In this document: piece by piece, positions 1 to 9,055 of the stretch
Position numbering within the stretch: the first letter of the stretch is position 1
How the letters are laid out: each line of letters starts with the position of its first letter
Source of the DNA: Mycobacteriales bacterium
GTDB lineage: Bacteria; Actinomycetota; Actinomycetes; JAFAQI01
Assembly (NCBI GenBank): GCA_035695245.1
Contig: DASSEQ010000054.1
Location: forward strand, 731 to 64,730
Direction of reading: 5' to 3'
DNA length: 64,000 bases
Notes under the pieces: generated by a model
What the model was told of the DNA's origin: nothing
Seen by the model: the letters and a program-made list of their open reading frames with translations, nothing else
Databases searched by the model: none
Position numbers and translations under genes: made by a program

Positions 1-876
1 GTCGGCGCCCCCGGTGGTCACTTCCGGACCGCGGCGCATGCCTCTGCGCTTTGGGCGTCGGCGGTGCTCCGCCTGCTCGCACCGGTCGCCGGCGCGGCCA
101 TCGAGGACTTCACCGTGGTCGAAGTCGGCGCCGGAGGCGGGGAACTGCTCGCCGGCCTCGCCGCGGTCGCGCCGGCCACGTGGTCGCTGATCGGCGTCGA
201 CATCGCCGACCGCCCGCCGACGCTGCCGCCTCGGGTCGGCTGGCAGCACGAGATTCCCCCCGCGTTCGATGGTGCGCTGATCGCGGTCGAGTGGCTCGAC
301 GTGGTCCCGGTCGACGTGGTCGAGCTGACTCCGGACGGGCTGAGGCTGGTCGAGGTGTCAAGGGACGGCAGCGAGCGACTCGGCGCAGCCGTCGACCGCC
401 GCGGCGCCTCTTGGCTCGGACGTTGGTGGCCACCACAGGAGATCGCCGACCGGGCCGAGATCGGCACCGGCCGAGACGACGGGTGGGCGCAGGCCGTCTC
501 GTCGCTGCGACGCGGGATCGCCGTCGCCATCGACTACGCAGTCGACCCCTTGCGCGACGTTGCCGGGACGTTGACCGGATATCGCGCCGGTCGGCAGGTG
601 GCACCGGTGCCGGACGGCTCGTGCGACATCACCGCGCATGTGCTGATGGCATCGTGCGCCGACGCGGCCACCGTCGACGCGACGGTGCTGCTGTCACAGC
701 GAGAGGCTCTTCTCGCACTCGGCGTCTCCGGAGCTCGTCCGTCGTACGGCGGCGACGTCGCTGCCTACCTTTCCGCGCTGCAGAGCAGCGGTGAGGCAGC
801 CGAACTGCTCGATCGTGGTGGCCTCGGTGCTTTCACTTGGCTGGTTCAGGCGAAGGGCGTGCCGCTCCCGCTCTGA
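1..876 (+). CDS. SAM-dependent methyltransferase, MidA/NDUFAF7 (DUF185) family; 5' end outside window
   Basis: Frame 1 is open from nt 1 ([18 protein letters not shown]..) and runs into track ORF 64..876. Class-I SAM motif [12 protein letters not shown], family-typical DITAHV and C-terminal FTWLVQ. Confidence 0.7.
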   Translation, partial: VGAPGGHFRTAAHASALWASAVLRLLAPVAGAAIEDFTVVEVGAGGGELLAGLAAVAPATWSLIGVDIADRPPTLPPRVGWQHEIPPAFDGALIAVEWLDVVPVDVVELTPDGLRLVEVSRDGSERLGAAVDRRGASWLGRWWPPQEIADRAEIGTGRDDGWAQAVSSLRRGIAVAIDYAVDPLRDVAGTLTGYRAGRQVAPVPDGSCDITAHVLMASCADAATVDATVLLSQREALLALGVSGARPSYGGDVAAYLSALQSSGEAAELLDRGGLGAFTWLVQAKGVPLPL

Positions 877-892
877 AGCGAGACTGCACGCC

Positions 893-2041
893 ATGACGCG
901 GGAGCTCACCGTCGCCACCGGCGACCTCGCGACCGCGGACATGGTCCTCAACATCGGACCGCAACATCCGGCGACGCACGGCGTGCTCCGGCTCGCGCTC
1001 ACTCTTGATGGCGAGCGGATCGTGCGCGCGGATCCGGTGATCGGCTACATGCATCGCGGTGCGGAAAAGCTGTTCGAGGCGCGCGACTACCGGCAGATCC
1101 TGGTGCTCGCCAACCGGCACGACTGGTTGTCGTCGTTCGCCAACGAGCTCGGCATCGTCCTCGCGGTCGAACGCATGCTCGGCATGGAGGTGCCGGTCCG
1201 CGCGGTCTGGGCCAGGACTTGTCTCGCCGAAATGACCCGCGTGCTCAACCATCTGATGTTTCTCGGGTCCTATCCGATCGAGCTGGGCGCGATCACGCCG
1301 ATGTTCTACGCGTTTCGCGAGCGCGAAGAACTGCAGGCGGTGATGGAGGAGATCTCCGGCGGCCGCATGCACTACATGTTCAACCGCGTCGGAGGGCTCA
1401 AGGAGGACATCCCGGCCGGTTGGCCCGATCGTGCGCGATCCGTCGTGCGCCTCGTTCGACGCCGCGTGCGCGATGACATCGACACGTTGGTGCGCGGCAA
1501 CGAGATCTTTCGGGCGCGCACCAAAGGTGTCGGAGTGTTGTCGCCGGAGCTGGCGGTGTCCTACGGCGTTTCCGGACCGATCGCGCGCGCTTCCGGGGTG
1601 GACTTCGACTTGCGTCGGGACGAGCCCTACCTGGCCTATCGCGAACTGCCGTCCGACGTGCTCCGCGTCGTCACGCGGGCTGACGGCGACTGCCTGGCCC
1701 GCTTCGAGTGCCTCCTCGATCAGGTCTATGTGTCGCTCGACATCGCCGAGCACTGCCTCGACGTGCTGGAGACGTTGCCGGTCGGGCCGATCAACGTGCG
1801 CTTGCCGAAGGTGGTCAAAGCGCCCGAAGGTGCGACGTATGCCTGGACGGAGAACCCGCTCGGCATCAACGGCTACTACCTCGTCAGCCGGGGCGAGAAG
1901 ACACCGTGGCGGATGAAGCTGCGAACCGCCTCGTTCAACAACGTGCAGGTGCTGGGCCAGCTGCTGCCCGGCTGCCTGGTCGCCGACATGGTGGCGATCC
2001 TCGGCTCGATGTTCTTCGTCGTCGGAGACATCGACAAGTAA
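893..2041 (+). CDS. nuoD: NADH-quinone oxidoreductase subunit D-like protein (NuoD/Nqo4/NDUFS2 homologue), orphan copy
   Basis: Track ORF 791..2041 trimmed to ATG 893 (MTRELTV..). Motifs [32 protein letters not shown] and C-terminal FFVVGDIDK. No other nuo genes flank it. Confidence 0.85.
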   Translation: MTRELTVATGDLATADMVLNIGPQHPATHGVLRLALTLDGERIVRADPVIGYMHRGAEKLFEARDYRQILVLANRHDWLSSFANELGIVLAVERMLGMEVPVRAVWARTCLAEMTRVLNHLMFLGSYPIELGAITPMFYAFREREELQAVMEEISGGRMHYMFNRVGGLKEDIPAGWPDRARSVVRLVRRRVRDDIDTLVRGNEIFRARTKGVGVLSPELAVSYGVSGPIARASGVDFDLRRDEPYLAYRELPSDVLRVVTRADGDCLARFECLLDQVYVSLDIAEHCLDVLETLPVGPINVRLPKVVKAPEGATYAWTENPLGINGYYLVSRGEKTPWRMKLRTASFNNVQVLGQLLPGCLVADMVAILGSMFFVVGDIDK

Positions 2042-2049
2042 TCGATCTG

Positions 2050-2340
2050 TCAGTCGGCCTTGCGCAGGTAGTCGATGAAACGGGCGCGGACGAAGGGCTC
2101 GTCGTCGCCGAGATGACCGGTCACGATCTCGCGGACTGCCTCGATTGCCTCGGTGATGCCGCCGGTGATGTGCCCGGCCGACCCGTCCTCAGCAGCGACG
2201 TCCGCCGTGGGCCGCAGGTGCTTGAGCAGATCCCAGAAGAACCCGATGTCGCGGTGTTGCTCCGCACGCGCGAACGCGCGCTTGCGAAGCTGCTCGGTCG
2301 GCAAGGCGTCGAGCTCTTCGACGGACGGCGTCTCGCTCAC
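2050..2340 (-). CDS. small acidic hypothetical protein (96 aa)
   Basis: C-terminal part of track ORF 2050..2715 from GTG 2340 (VSETPSVEELDALPTEQL..). Composition is normal, whereas the upstream part of that ORF is Arg/Pro-rich and overlaps the amidase gene in another frame. Confidence 0.5.
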   Translation of the reverse strand: MSETPSVEELDALPTEQLRKRAFARAEQHRDIGFFWDLLKHLRPTADVAAEDGSAGHITGGITEAIEAVREIVTGHLGDDEPFVRARFIDYLRKAD

Positions 2341-2378
2341 GGCAGGCGAGCCTAGCGGGACGGGCGGCACCAAGCCGC

Positions 2379-3812
2379 CTACGCGTGCGTCGGGGGCTGC
2401 CGGTCGGCCCATGGAGCCGCTTGCTCCAACTGCGCGGCAACACGCAGCAACACGTCCTCGCGGAAGTGATCGGCGACCAGCTGGAGTCCGATCGGGAGGC
2501 CCCCGCTCGACGTCGCCAGTGGCAGCGAGATCGCCGGATGGCCGGTGACGTTGAACGGGATCGTGAAGGTCGCGATCCGGGCATAGCGTCGATCGATCCG
2601 CCACGGTTCGTCCGGATCCGGCTCCATCTCCGCGATGGGCGGGGCCGGCTCGCCGGTCGTCGGCGTGAGCAGCAGGTCGTAGTCGGACCACCAGCTCGAC
2701 ACCTCGAGGGCCCACTCCTGCTGGGCCACCGCAGCGGCGAGGTAGTCACGCAGCGAAATGGTCTGCGCCCGTTGCCAGCGCGCCCAGGTGTAAGGCTCGA
2801 CGTCGTCCGGCTCCGGTTCGCGACCGATCTGCGCGACGAACGCGTTGTAGCTGCTCGCGCCGCCGGCGGCCCAGGTCGCGCCGGTGGCGCGACGCGCTTC
2901 GAGATCGAGCAGCTTGGCCGGCCAGGCTTCCTCGACCGTGTGACCTAAAGAGGTGAGCAGGTCGGCGGTCTTGCGGGTGGCCGCGACGCACTCGGGGTCG
3001 AGCGCAGCCGCCCCGGCGAACACGGTCGGGTCGGCGATCACGCCGATGCGCAGCTTGCCGGGCTCGGCCCGCAGCTCTTCGACGTAGGGACGGGTGGGCG
3101 ATGGTGCGGTGAACATCTCCCCCGGCTCGTTGCCGTGCACGGCGTCGAGAAGAGCGGCGGCGTCGCGCACTGTGCGAGTCAAGGCGAAGTCGACGCCGTA
3201 ACGGCTCAGCTGGTCCGGGGCAGGCACGCGCCCGCGGCTCGGCTTCAGCCCGACCAGGCCGCAGAAGCTAGCCGGGATGCGGATCGAACCGCCTCCGTCA
3301 TTGCCGTGCGCAAGCGGCACCAGGCCGGCTGCGACCGCGGCTGCGGTGCCTCCGCTCGATCCGCCCGGGGTGTGGTCGAGGTTCCAGGGGTTGCGCGCCG
3401 GACCGAAGGCGGCCGGCTGCGTGGTCGGGTGCGGGCCGAACTCAGGCACATTGGTCTTGCCGAGAGTGATGAACCCGGCTGCGCGGAACTTTGCGCCGAG
3501 GGCGTCATCCTGCTGCGCGCGCCGGTCCAGATCGCGCAACACCCGGTTGCCTTGATACTGCGGCAGGCCCTCCTGCTCCGGGCCGAGATCCTTCAGCAGG
3601 AAGGGGACCCCGGCAAACGGGCCGCTCGATCCTCGCGCGGCCTGGTCGCGAGCCCGGTCGAAGTCACGGAACACCAGCGCGTTGAGGCTGGGGTCGAGGG
3701 CCTCGATGCGGCTGATCGCCGCCTCGACGAGCTCCTTCGGATGCACGTCGCCCCGACGTACGAGTTCGGCCTGGGCAGTCGCGTCGAGATGGGCAAGGTC
3801 AGCAGTGGTCAC
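2379..3812 (-). CDS. amidase (amidase-signature family)
   Basis: Track ORF. Motifs GGSSGGTAAAVAAG, catalytic Lys context FLLKDL and GGSIRIPASFCG. Confidence 0.85.
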   Translation of the reverse strand: MTTADLAHLDATAQAELVRRGDVHPKELVEAAISRIEALDPSLNALVFRDFDRARDQAARGSSGPFAGVPFLLKDLGPEQEGLPQYQGNRVLRDLDRRAQQDDALGAKFRAAGFITLGKTNVPEFGPHPTTQPAAFGPARNPWNLDHTPGGSSGGTAAAVAAGLVPLAHGNDGGGSIRIPASFCGLVGLKPSRGRVPAPDQLSRYGVDFALTRTVRDAAALLDAVHGNEPGEMFTAPSPTRPYVEELRAEPGKLRIGVIADPTVFAGAAALDPECVAATRKTADLLTSLGHTVEEAWPAKLLDLEARRATGATWAAGGASSYNAFVAQIGREPEPDDVEPYTWARWQRAQTISLRDYLAAAVAQQEWALEVSSWWSDYDLLLTPTTGEPAPPIAEMEPDPDEPWRIDRRYARIATFTIPFNVTGHPAISLPLATSSGGLPIGLQLVADHFREDVLLRVAAQLEQAAPWADRQPPTHA

Positions 3813-3834
3813 GAACTCGGATCATGCAGCGACA

Positions 3835-4896
3835 TCAGGCGAAGAGCAACTGAGGTGCGTCGAGGTCGAGCGCATGACGGCCGGCTCGCTCGGCCATCGC
3901 GACGAACATGTCGTCGCCGCGATCGGTGCGCTTGACCATCATCGACGCGGCGATCGCCATGATCAAACCGCTGATGGTGTAGCGGCGGTACTGCTTCCAC
4001 AGCTCGTCCCACCCGAGCACGACACCGGCCGACTTCATCCGGTCTGCATAGTCCTGCACGAGGTCGCGTTCGTGCGCGCGGCGATCTGCGGCGGACAGGC
4101 TGCCGCCGATGAAATAGGCGAGGTCGGACACGCCGGGTCCGTGCACCGCGGTCTGCCAGTCGACCACCGCGACCCGTTGTCCGCGCTCCGGCGCGAAGAG
4201 CAAGTTGTCCAAGCGGAAGTCGCCGTGCGTGACGGTCCACGGTTTTGGCCGGTCGGCGTCGATCGAGTCCAACGACTCGACAACGCGTTCGGAGAAAGCG
4301 AGAACGTCCGGCGACAGACGGTCGGCATAGCGCTCGACGAATCCCGGATAGAGCCCGCGCAGCAGCATCCCCAGGAAGCCTGGCCCGTCGTCGCTGCTGC
4401 GATGCAGCCAGTCGTAACGCGTGAGCTTGTCGTCACCCCACCTCGGGGCGTGCAACCCGGGGAGCTCCGCAGCGGCAGCCGCCGCTTCGTCCGGCGAACA
4501 ACCGGTCAGCTGGTCGCCTTGACGAGCGTCGGCGACGTCTTCGAGCAGCAAGGTGAAGTCCGTCGTCTCGACGTCGACGCTCGCGAAGTAGCACCGGGGG
4601 GTGCGAATCGCGAGATCCGGCTGCAGCTGCAGATAGAAGTTGACCTCGATCTCGTAGCAACGCACTGCGGCCGCTGCCGCCCGACTGTTGGGATCCTCGG
4701 ACGGAAGCTTGGCGATCAGCGTGCGCGGCGCGCGGGATTCCTCCCGGTCGTAGCCGAGCGTCAGCCGCAGGCACTCCGCCATCTGCCCGGTGCCGACGAC
4801 GTCGATGCCGACGTCGATGATTTTCGCTCCGTCGAGGTGGTCGGCGAGCTGGTCGTTCAGCCGGCTCGGCGTGAGGTCCGCCGCCGTCGTTGTCAT
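3835..4896 (-). CDS. phosphotransferase (APH / choline-kinase-like family)
   Basis: Track ORF. Brenner-type motif HGDFRLDNLLF followed by VVDWQ. 4-nt ATGA overlap with the upstream gene. Confidence 0.8.
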   Translation of the reverse strand: MTTTAADLTPSRLNDQLADHLDGAKIIDVGIDVVGTGQMAECLRLTLGYDREESRAPRTLIAKLPSEDPNSRAAAAAVRCYEIEVNFYLQLQPDLAIRTPRCYFASVDVETTDFTLLLEDVADARQGDQLTGCSPDEAAAAAAELPGLHAPRWGDDKLTRYDWLHRSSDDGPGFLGMLLRGLYPGFVERYADRLSPDVLAFSERVVESLDSIDADRPKPWTVTHGDFRLDNLLFAPERGQRVAVVDWQTAVHGPGVSDLAYFIGGSLSAADRRAHERDLVQDYADRMKSAGVVLGWDELWKQYRRYTISGLIMAIAASMMVKRTDRGDDMFVAMAERAGRHALDLDAPQLLFA

Positions 4897-5897
4897 GACG
4901 GCAATATGCCGTCCACGACGGTGTCCGGGAAGAAGTGGTGGTGTCGCGCACCGGTCACCTCGTAGATCGCCGTGCCCTCGCGACCGTCATCGGTGCGGAC
5001 CCGCATCTGCGAAAGGCCACCGCGGCGAAACGGCTCGTACGGCCGGTCGAACGTGCCTTCCGCCTCCACCACGATCTGGCGGCCGCCACGCAGAACGAAA
5101 GTGCAGGTGCCGGACAACCCGGCGACCTTGCTGCCGTCCTCGCCGTACGCCGCCACGTCGCCGGCAGCATCGCGCCACGTCATGTCGTGCCGGAAGTCGA
5201 TCACAGGAATCGGTTCGGACTGGTCGGTGCCCGCCCAGCATCCGTCGGTGTAAACGCGCGCGCCGTCGGGATACTCCCAGTGCCACACACCGAGGAATCC
5301 GTCCTCGAGCTGCACCTGGAACCACAGCCACAGCGGGCACCGGCCATGGTCACGAATGCCCCACGAGTGGTCTCGCTGGCCCACCCAGCCGTCGACGTCG
5401 TATGACGTGCCGTCGACGGTGTAGGTGCCCGTGTAGATGCCCGACTGCAAGATGTGACTCTGGTCCCACACGACGTCGCTGCCGGCGCGCATGGTGCCTC
5501 GACGAAGGCCGTAGGGCTTGGTGCGCGCGCGAAAGGTCACGTCGAGCCCGAGCGCCGCACCTTCGCCAGGGTCTGCGGTGATGCGCACTTCCTGCCACGG
5601 CTTCACGACCTCCACGCGTGCGCCCGGCATCGACGTGGTGTGCGGGTCGTCGCCATACGGCCGGTCGACCCGCCCGATGACCGGCTGGCCGTTGACCTTC
5701 CCCATCTGCAGCGAGTCGAGGATCTGCATCGCCGGGAAGCTCGCCATGGTGAAGAAGATGACGTCACCACTCGCGCCTGGTCCGTGCAGGTCGAAAAAGT
5801 AGCTCTCCCGCCAATGCGGATGGTGTACGGCGACGCGCGGCAACAGGTCGGCGGTCTGGTGAACGAACATCTCGTCCATGGCAGTGGGTCGCGTCAT
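4893..5897 (-). CDS. conserved hypothetical protein (Trp/His-rich, probably beta-rich)
   Basis: Track ORF 4893..6092 trimmed to ATG 5897 (MTRPTAMDEMFVHQT..), because the upstream 65 codons are Arg/Ser/Thr junk. I cannot name a motif. Confidence 0.6.
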   Translation of the reverse strand: MTRPTAMDEMFVHQTADLLPRVAVHHPHWRESYFFDLHGPGASGDVIFFTMASFPAMQILDSLQMGKVNGQPVIGRVDRPYGDDPHTTSMPGARVEVVKPWQEVRITADPGEGAALGLDVTFRARTKPYGLRRGTMRAGSDVVWDQSHILQSGIYTGTYTVDGTSYDVDGWVGQRDHSWGIRDHGRCPLWLWFQVQLEDGFLGVWHWEYPDGARVYTDGCWAGTDQSEPIPVIDFRHDMTWRDAAGDVAAYGEDGSKVAGLSGTCTFVLRGGRQIVVEAEGTFDRPYEPFRRGGLSQMRVRTDDGREGTAIYEVTGARHHHFFPDTVVDGILPS

Positions 5898-5931
5898 AGT
5901 GCCGCCGATAATTGCACGCCCGCCGGCCGCT

Positions 5932-6375
5932 TCACTCGTCCCGGTGGTCGTCCTTGATGCGGCACACGTGCTCCATTGCAAGCGCCGCCCCGGTGAGCGC
6001 GAGCCCTGCGGCGACTCCGACTGCGGCAGCCCGCACGTCAGACGTCGCCTGGCTCGAGTCGATCCCCGTGACGTGGCCCAGAAACCCTGCATAAGCCCCA
6101 GCAGCGAGGGCGCCGATCGGCGATGTGGCCTTGGCGAGTGCGGCGATGCGCGCGACGGTGATCGGGTGGATGGGCTGGGTGCCGGGCTTGCCGGCGCGAC
6201 GGGCCGAGGTCGTGGCGGCGGTGTAGCCCTCGGCGGCCGCGAGGATGATGAGGAAGACAGGCCCGTAGAGCGGCACCGGTGGCAGGTCGCTGTAATAGCT
6301 CGCGGTCAACAAGTAGGCCGCGGCGCCGGCGACGACCGCGACAGCGATCAGCAAGCGGTATCGAGTCGGCCTCAT
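5932..6375 (-). CDS. DUF3180-like integral membrane protein
   Basis: Track ORF 5932..6474 trimmed to ATG 6375 (MRPTRYRLLIAVAVV..), with an ATGA overlap on the folK stop. About 4 hydrophobic helices. The position after folK is typical for actinobacteria. Confidence 0.65.
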   Translation of the reverse strand: MRPTRYRLLIAVAVVAGAAAYLLTASYYSDLPPVPLYGPVFLIILAAAEGYTAATTSARRAGKPGTQPIHPITVARIAALAKATSPIGALAAGAYAGFLGHVTGIDSSQATSDVRAAAVGVAAGLALTGAALAMEHVCRIKDDHRDE

Positions 6376-6842
6376 GCGACGACCCGTCGCACGCCGGTTC
6401 GGTCGAGTTTGCGCACGAGCCACCAGACCGGTCCGCGACCCGGCAGATAAGCATCCGGGTCCAGATCGAGCCACGGCACGAGAACGAAGGCGCGCTCGTA
6501 CGCTCGCGGATGCGGCAGGGTGAAGTCGGCGTCCTGCCGCACGACGTTGTCGACGCAGATGACATCGACATCGAGCGTGCGCGGTCCCCAGCGAGTGCTT
6601 CGCAGCCGACCTCGCGTCGCCTCCGCCGCGTGCGCTGCCTGAAGTGCGACCATGGCATCGTCGACGTCGGCAAACGCGACGCAGTTGAGGTAAGGCGATT
6701 GGCGCGGCCCGCCGACGGGCGCCGTCTCATACACGGGTGACACGGCGCGCACCGGCACGTGCCGGCCGAGGACCGACAGCCCAGCGGCAAGGTGCGCCCG
6801 ACGATCGCCGAGGTTCGAACCCAGCGACAGCACCGCCCTCAC
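6372..6842 (-). CDS. folK: 2-amino-4-hydroxy-6-hydroxymethyldihydropteridine diphosphokinase (HPPK)
   Basis: Track ORF. Motifs LSLGSNLGDR and LPHPRAYERAFVLVPW, in fol operon context. Confidence 0.9.
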   Translation of the reverse strand: MRAVLSLGSNLGDRRAHLAAGLSVLGRHVPVRAVSPVYETAPVGGPRQSPYLNCVAFADVDDAMVALQAAHAAEATRGRLRSTRWGPRTLDVDVICVDNVVRQDADFTLPHPRAYERAFVLVPWLDLDPDAYLPGRGPVWWLVRKLDRTGVRRVVA

Positions 6843-7216
6843 GATCGGCTGCGCCGCAAGTGCACAGCGACATCGTCGAAGGGCACGTCGATCGGTGCCT
6901 GCGGTTTGTGCACGGTGACCTCAACGGCACTGGCGGAAGCAAAACGCAGGCATGCATCGGCGATCTCGACCGCCAGCTTCTCGATCAGGTCGAATGGTTC
7001 GCCGGAGACCACGGCTGCGACGGCGTGCGCGACAGCGGAGTAGTCGACCGTCGCACCGAGTTCGTCGCTTGCCGCCGCGGCCGAGATCTCGACGTCAAGA
7101 GCGACGTCGATGACGAAGTCCTGGCCGTCGCGCCGCTCATGCGCGAGCACGCCGTGATGGCCACGCACACGCAATCCGGTCAGAACGATGCGCGCCGGTT
7201 GCGAACCGTCGATCAT
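6839..7216 (-). CDS. folB: dihydroneopterin aldolase
   Basis: Track ORF 6839..7522 trimmed to ATG 7216 (MIDGSQPARIVLTGLRVRGHHGVLAHER..), 125 aa. 4-nt overlaps with both neighbours. Confidence 0.85.
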   Translation of the reverse strand: MIDGSQPARIVLTGLRVRGHHGVLAHERRDGQDFVIDVALDVEISAAAASDELGATVDYSAVAHAVAAVVSGEPFDLIEKLAVEIADACLRFASASAVEVTVHKPQAPIDVPFDDVAVHLRRSRS

Positions 7217-7635
7217 TCGGCCGCATCCTCGCTGGCCGCAATCACCGGCGATGCGTGATGCATCCACAACCGCCACCGATCGTCGCGCCGCCGGAACACG
7301 TTGGTTGTCACCACGGTCTGACCGCCCGCCAAACCCGCATCCGGGTCTTCGATGCCGGTCAGGATGTTCTCTTGGCACGTGACGATCGCGACGTCTCCGT
7401 GCACGGAGGCGTTGACGTCGGTGAGAAAGAACTGGATGTACGACGTGTTGGCCATGAGCACCGACCAAGAGCGCATCACCTGAGCCCGACCGGTCAGCAA
7501 CGGCCAGCCCGGATGCACGCACTGCACGTCATCAGTCGTGTCCCAGACAGCGTCCATGCGGTCGAGGTCGGCAACTTCGAACGACGCGTAGAGCTCCTGA
7601 TTGACGGCGGTGACGGCGTCGACATCAGTCGTCAC
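7213..7635 (-). CDS. NTF2-like / SnoaL-like (DUF4440-type) protein
   Basis: Track ORF, 140 aa, with the pattern DAVWDTTDDVQCVHPGWP ... WRLWMHHASP. 4-nt overlaps with the folP stop and the folB start. Confidence 0.6.
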   Translation of the reverse strand: MTTDVDAVTAVNQELYASFEVADLDRMDAVWDTTDDVQCVHPGWPLLTGRAQVMRSWSVLMANTSYIQFFLTDVNASVHGDVAIVTCQENILTGIEDPDAGLAGGQTVVTTNVFRRRDDRWRLWMHHASPVIAASEDAAE

Positions 7636-8483
7636 GTCGGCTGCCTCCGGGCGGCAAGCACGGCCGCCGCGACCCGCACCGCGTCGGCGTTGGCCCGCGC
7701 GTCATGCACCCGCACAGCCCACGCACCCGCGAGAGCCGCGACGGCAGTGATCGCAGCAGTCGCGTCGTCACGGTCGCTGACCGGACGCGGCCGACCATCG
7801 TCGAGCAATGCACCGAGGAACGACTTGCGGCTGGCGCCGACCAAGAGCGGCCGGCCGAGCGCATGCAGCTCCGACAGCCGCGCGAGCAACGCCCAGTTGT
7901 GTTCGGGCATCTTCGCGAAGCCGAGGCCGGGATCAAGGATGACGTGCTCCGGCGTGACACCCGCCGCGGTCACCGCCTCCAGCCGAGCGGCCAGCTCCGT
8001 GCAGACGTCCACCACCACATCGTCGTACGACGCGCGGCCCTGCATCTCGTCACTGTGCCCACGCCAGTGCATGACGACGTAGGGGACCCGAGCCCGAGCC
8101 ACGAGCGGTGGCAGCTCCGGGTCGGCAAGGCCACCGGACACGTCGTTGACCATGCGAGCACCGGCAGCAAGCGCAGCCTCCGCCGTCTCTGCGCGCATCG
8201 TGTCGATGCTCACGACGGCGCCGGCGGCCGCGAGGGCGGCGATCACCGGCAGCACGCGGCGCATCTCTTCGGCGGCGTCGACCCGATGTGCACCGGGGCG
8301 GGTCGACTCGCCACCGATGTCGATCAGGTCGGCGCCGGCGGCCAGCAGCTGCCGGCCGTGCTTGATCGCGCTGTCCGCGTCGGCGAAGGCGCCGCCGTCG
8401 CTGAACGAGTCCGGGGTCACGTTGATGACACCCATCACCAAACAGCGGCCGGGGCTCGGTAAGCCTTCGACAACAGCAGACAT
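7632..8483 (-). CDS. folP: dihydropteroate synthase
   Basis: Track ORF. Motifs VMGVINVTPDSFSDGG and DIGGESTRPG. Confidence 0.92.
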   Translation of the reverse strand: MSAVVEGLPSPGRCLVMGVINVTPDSFSDGGAFADADSAIKHGRQLLAAGADLIDIGGESTRPGAHRVDAAEEMRRVLPVIAALAAAGAVVSIDTMRAETAEAALAAGARMVNDVSGGLADPELPPLVARARVPYVVMHWRGHSDEMQGRASYDDVVVDVCTELAARLEAVTAAGVTPEHVILDPGLGFAKMPEHNWALLARLSELHALGRPLLVGASRKSFLGALLDDGRPRPVSDRDDATAAITAVAALAGAWAVRVHDARANADAVRVAAAVLAARRQPT

Positions 8484-9050
8484 TCAGCGGCCCAGGATCA
8501 GGCTCATGGCCTCACTGCGGGTCGAGGCATCGTCACGGAACTGACCGCGCACCGCGGATGTGACCGTGCGCGCTCCCGGCTTCTTCACCCCGCGAATGGT
8601 CATGCAGAGGTGTTCCGCCTCGACGACGACGATCACCCCACGCGGCTTGAGGTTGTCCTCGAGCGCGTCCGCTATCTGCGAGGTCAAGCGCTCCTGCACC
8701 TGCGGGCGCTTCGCATAGAGATCGACCAACCGGGCGAGCTTGGAAAGCCCGGTGATCTGGCCGCTGTCGTTCGGGATGTAGCCGATGTGAGCCAGCCCGA
8801 TCCAGGGCACCAGATGGTGCTCGCAAGTGCTGGCCAGATTGATGTCACGGACCACGACCATCTCGTCATGGTCGGCGTCGAACACGGTGGTGAGGGCCGA
8901 CGCGGGGTGGTCGCCGATGCCGGCGAAGATCTCGTCGTACATCCTCGCGACGCGTGCCGGCGTCTCGCGCAGCCCGTCTCGATCGGGATCCTCGCCGATG
9001 GCCAGCAGGATCTCGCGAACGGCGCGCGCGATGCGGTCGGTGTCGACCAC
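8484..9050 (-). CDS. folE: GTP cyclohydrolase I
   Basis: Track ORF 8484..9410 trimmed to GTG 9050, 5 nt after the ftsH stop; 188 aa. Motifs CEHHLVPW and HLCMTIRGV. Confidence 0.88.
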   Translation of the reverse strand: MVDTDRIARAVREILLAIGEDPDRDGLRETPARVARMYDEIFAGIGDHPASALTTVFDADHDEMVVVRDINLASTCEHHLVPWIGLAHIGYIPNDSGQITGLSKLARLVDLYAKRPQVQERLTSQIADALEDNLKPRGVIVVVEAEHLCMTIRGVKKPGARTVTSAVRGQFRDDASTRSEAMSLILGR

Positions 9051-9055
9051 GGGCG

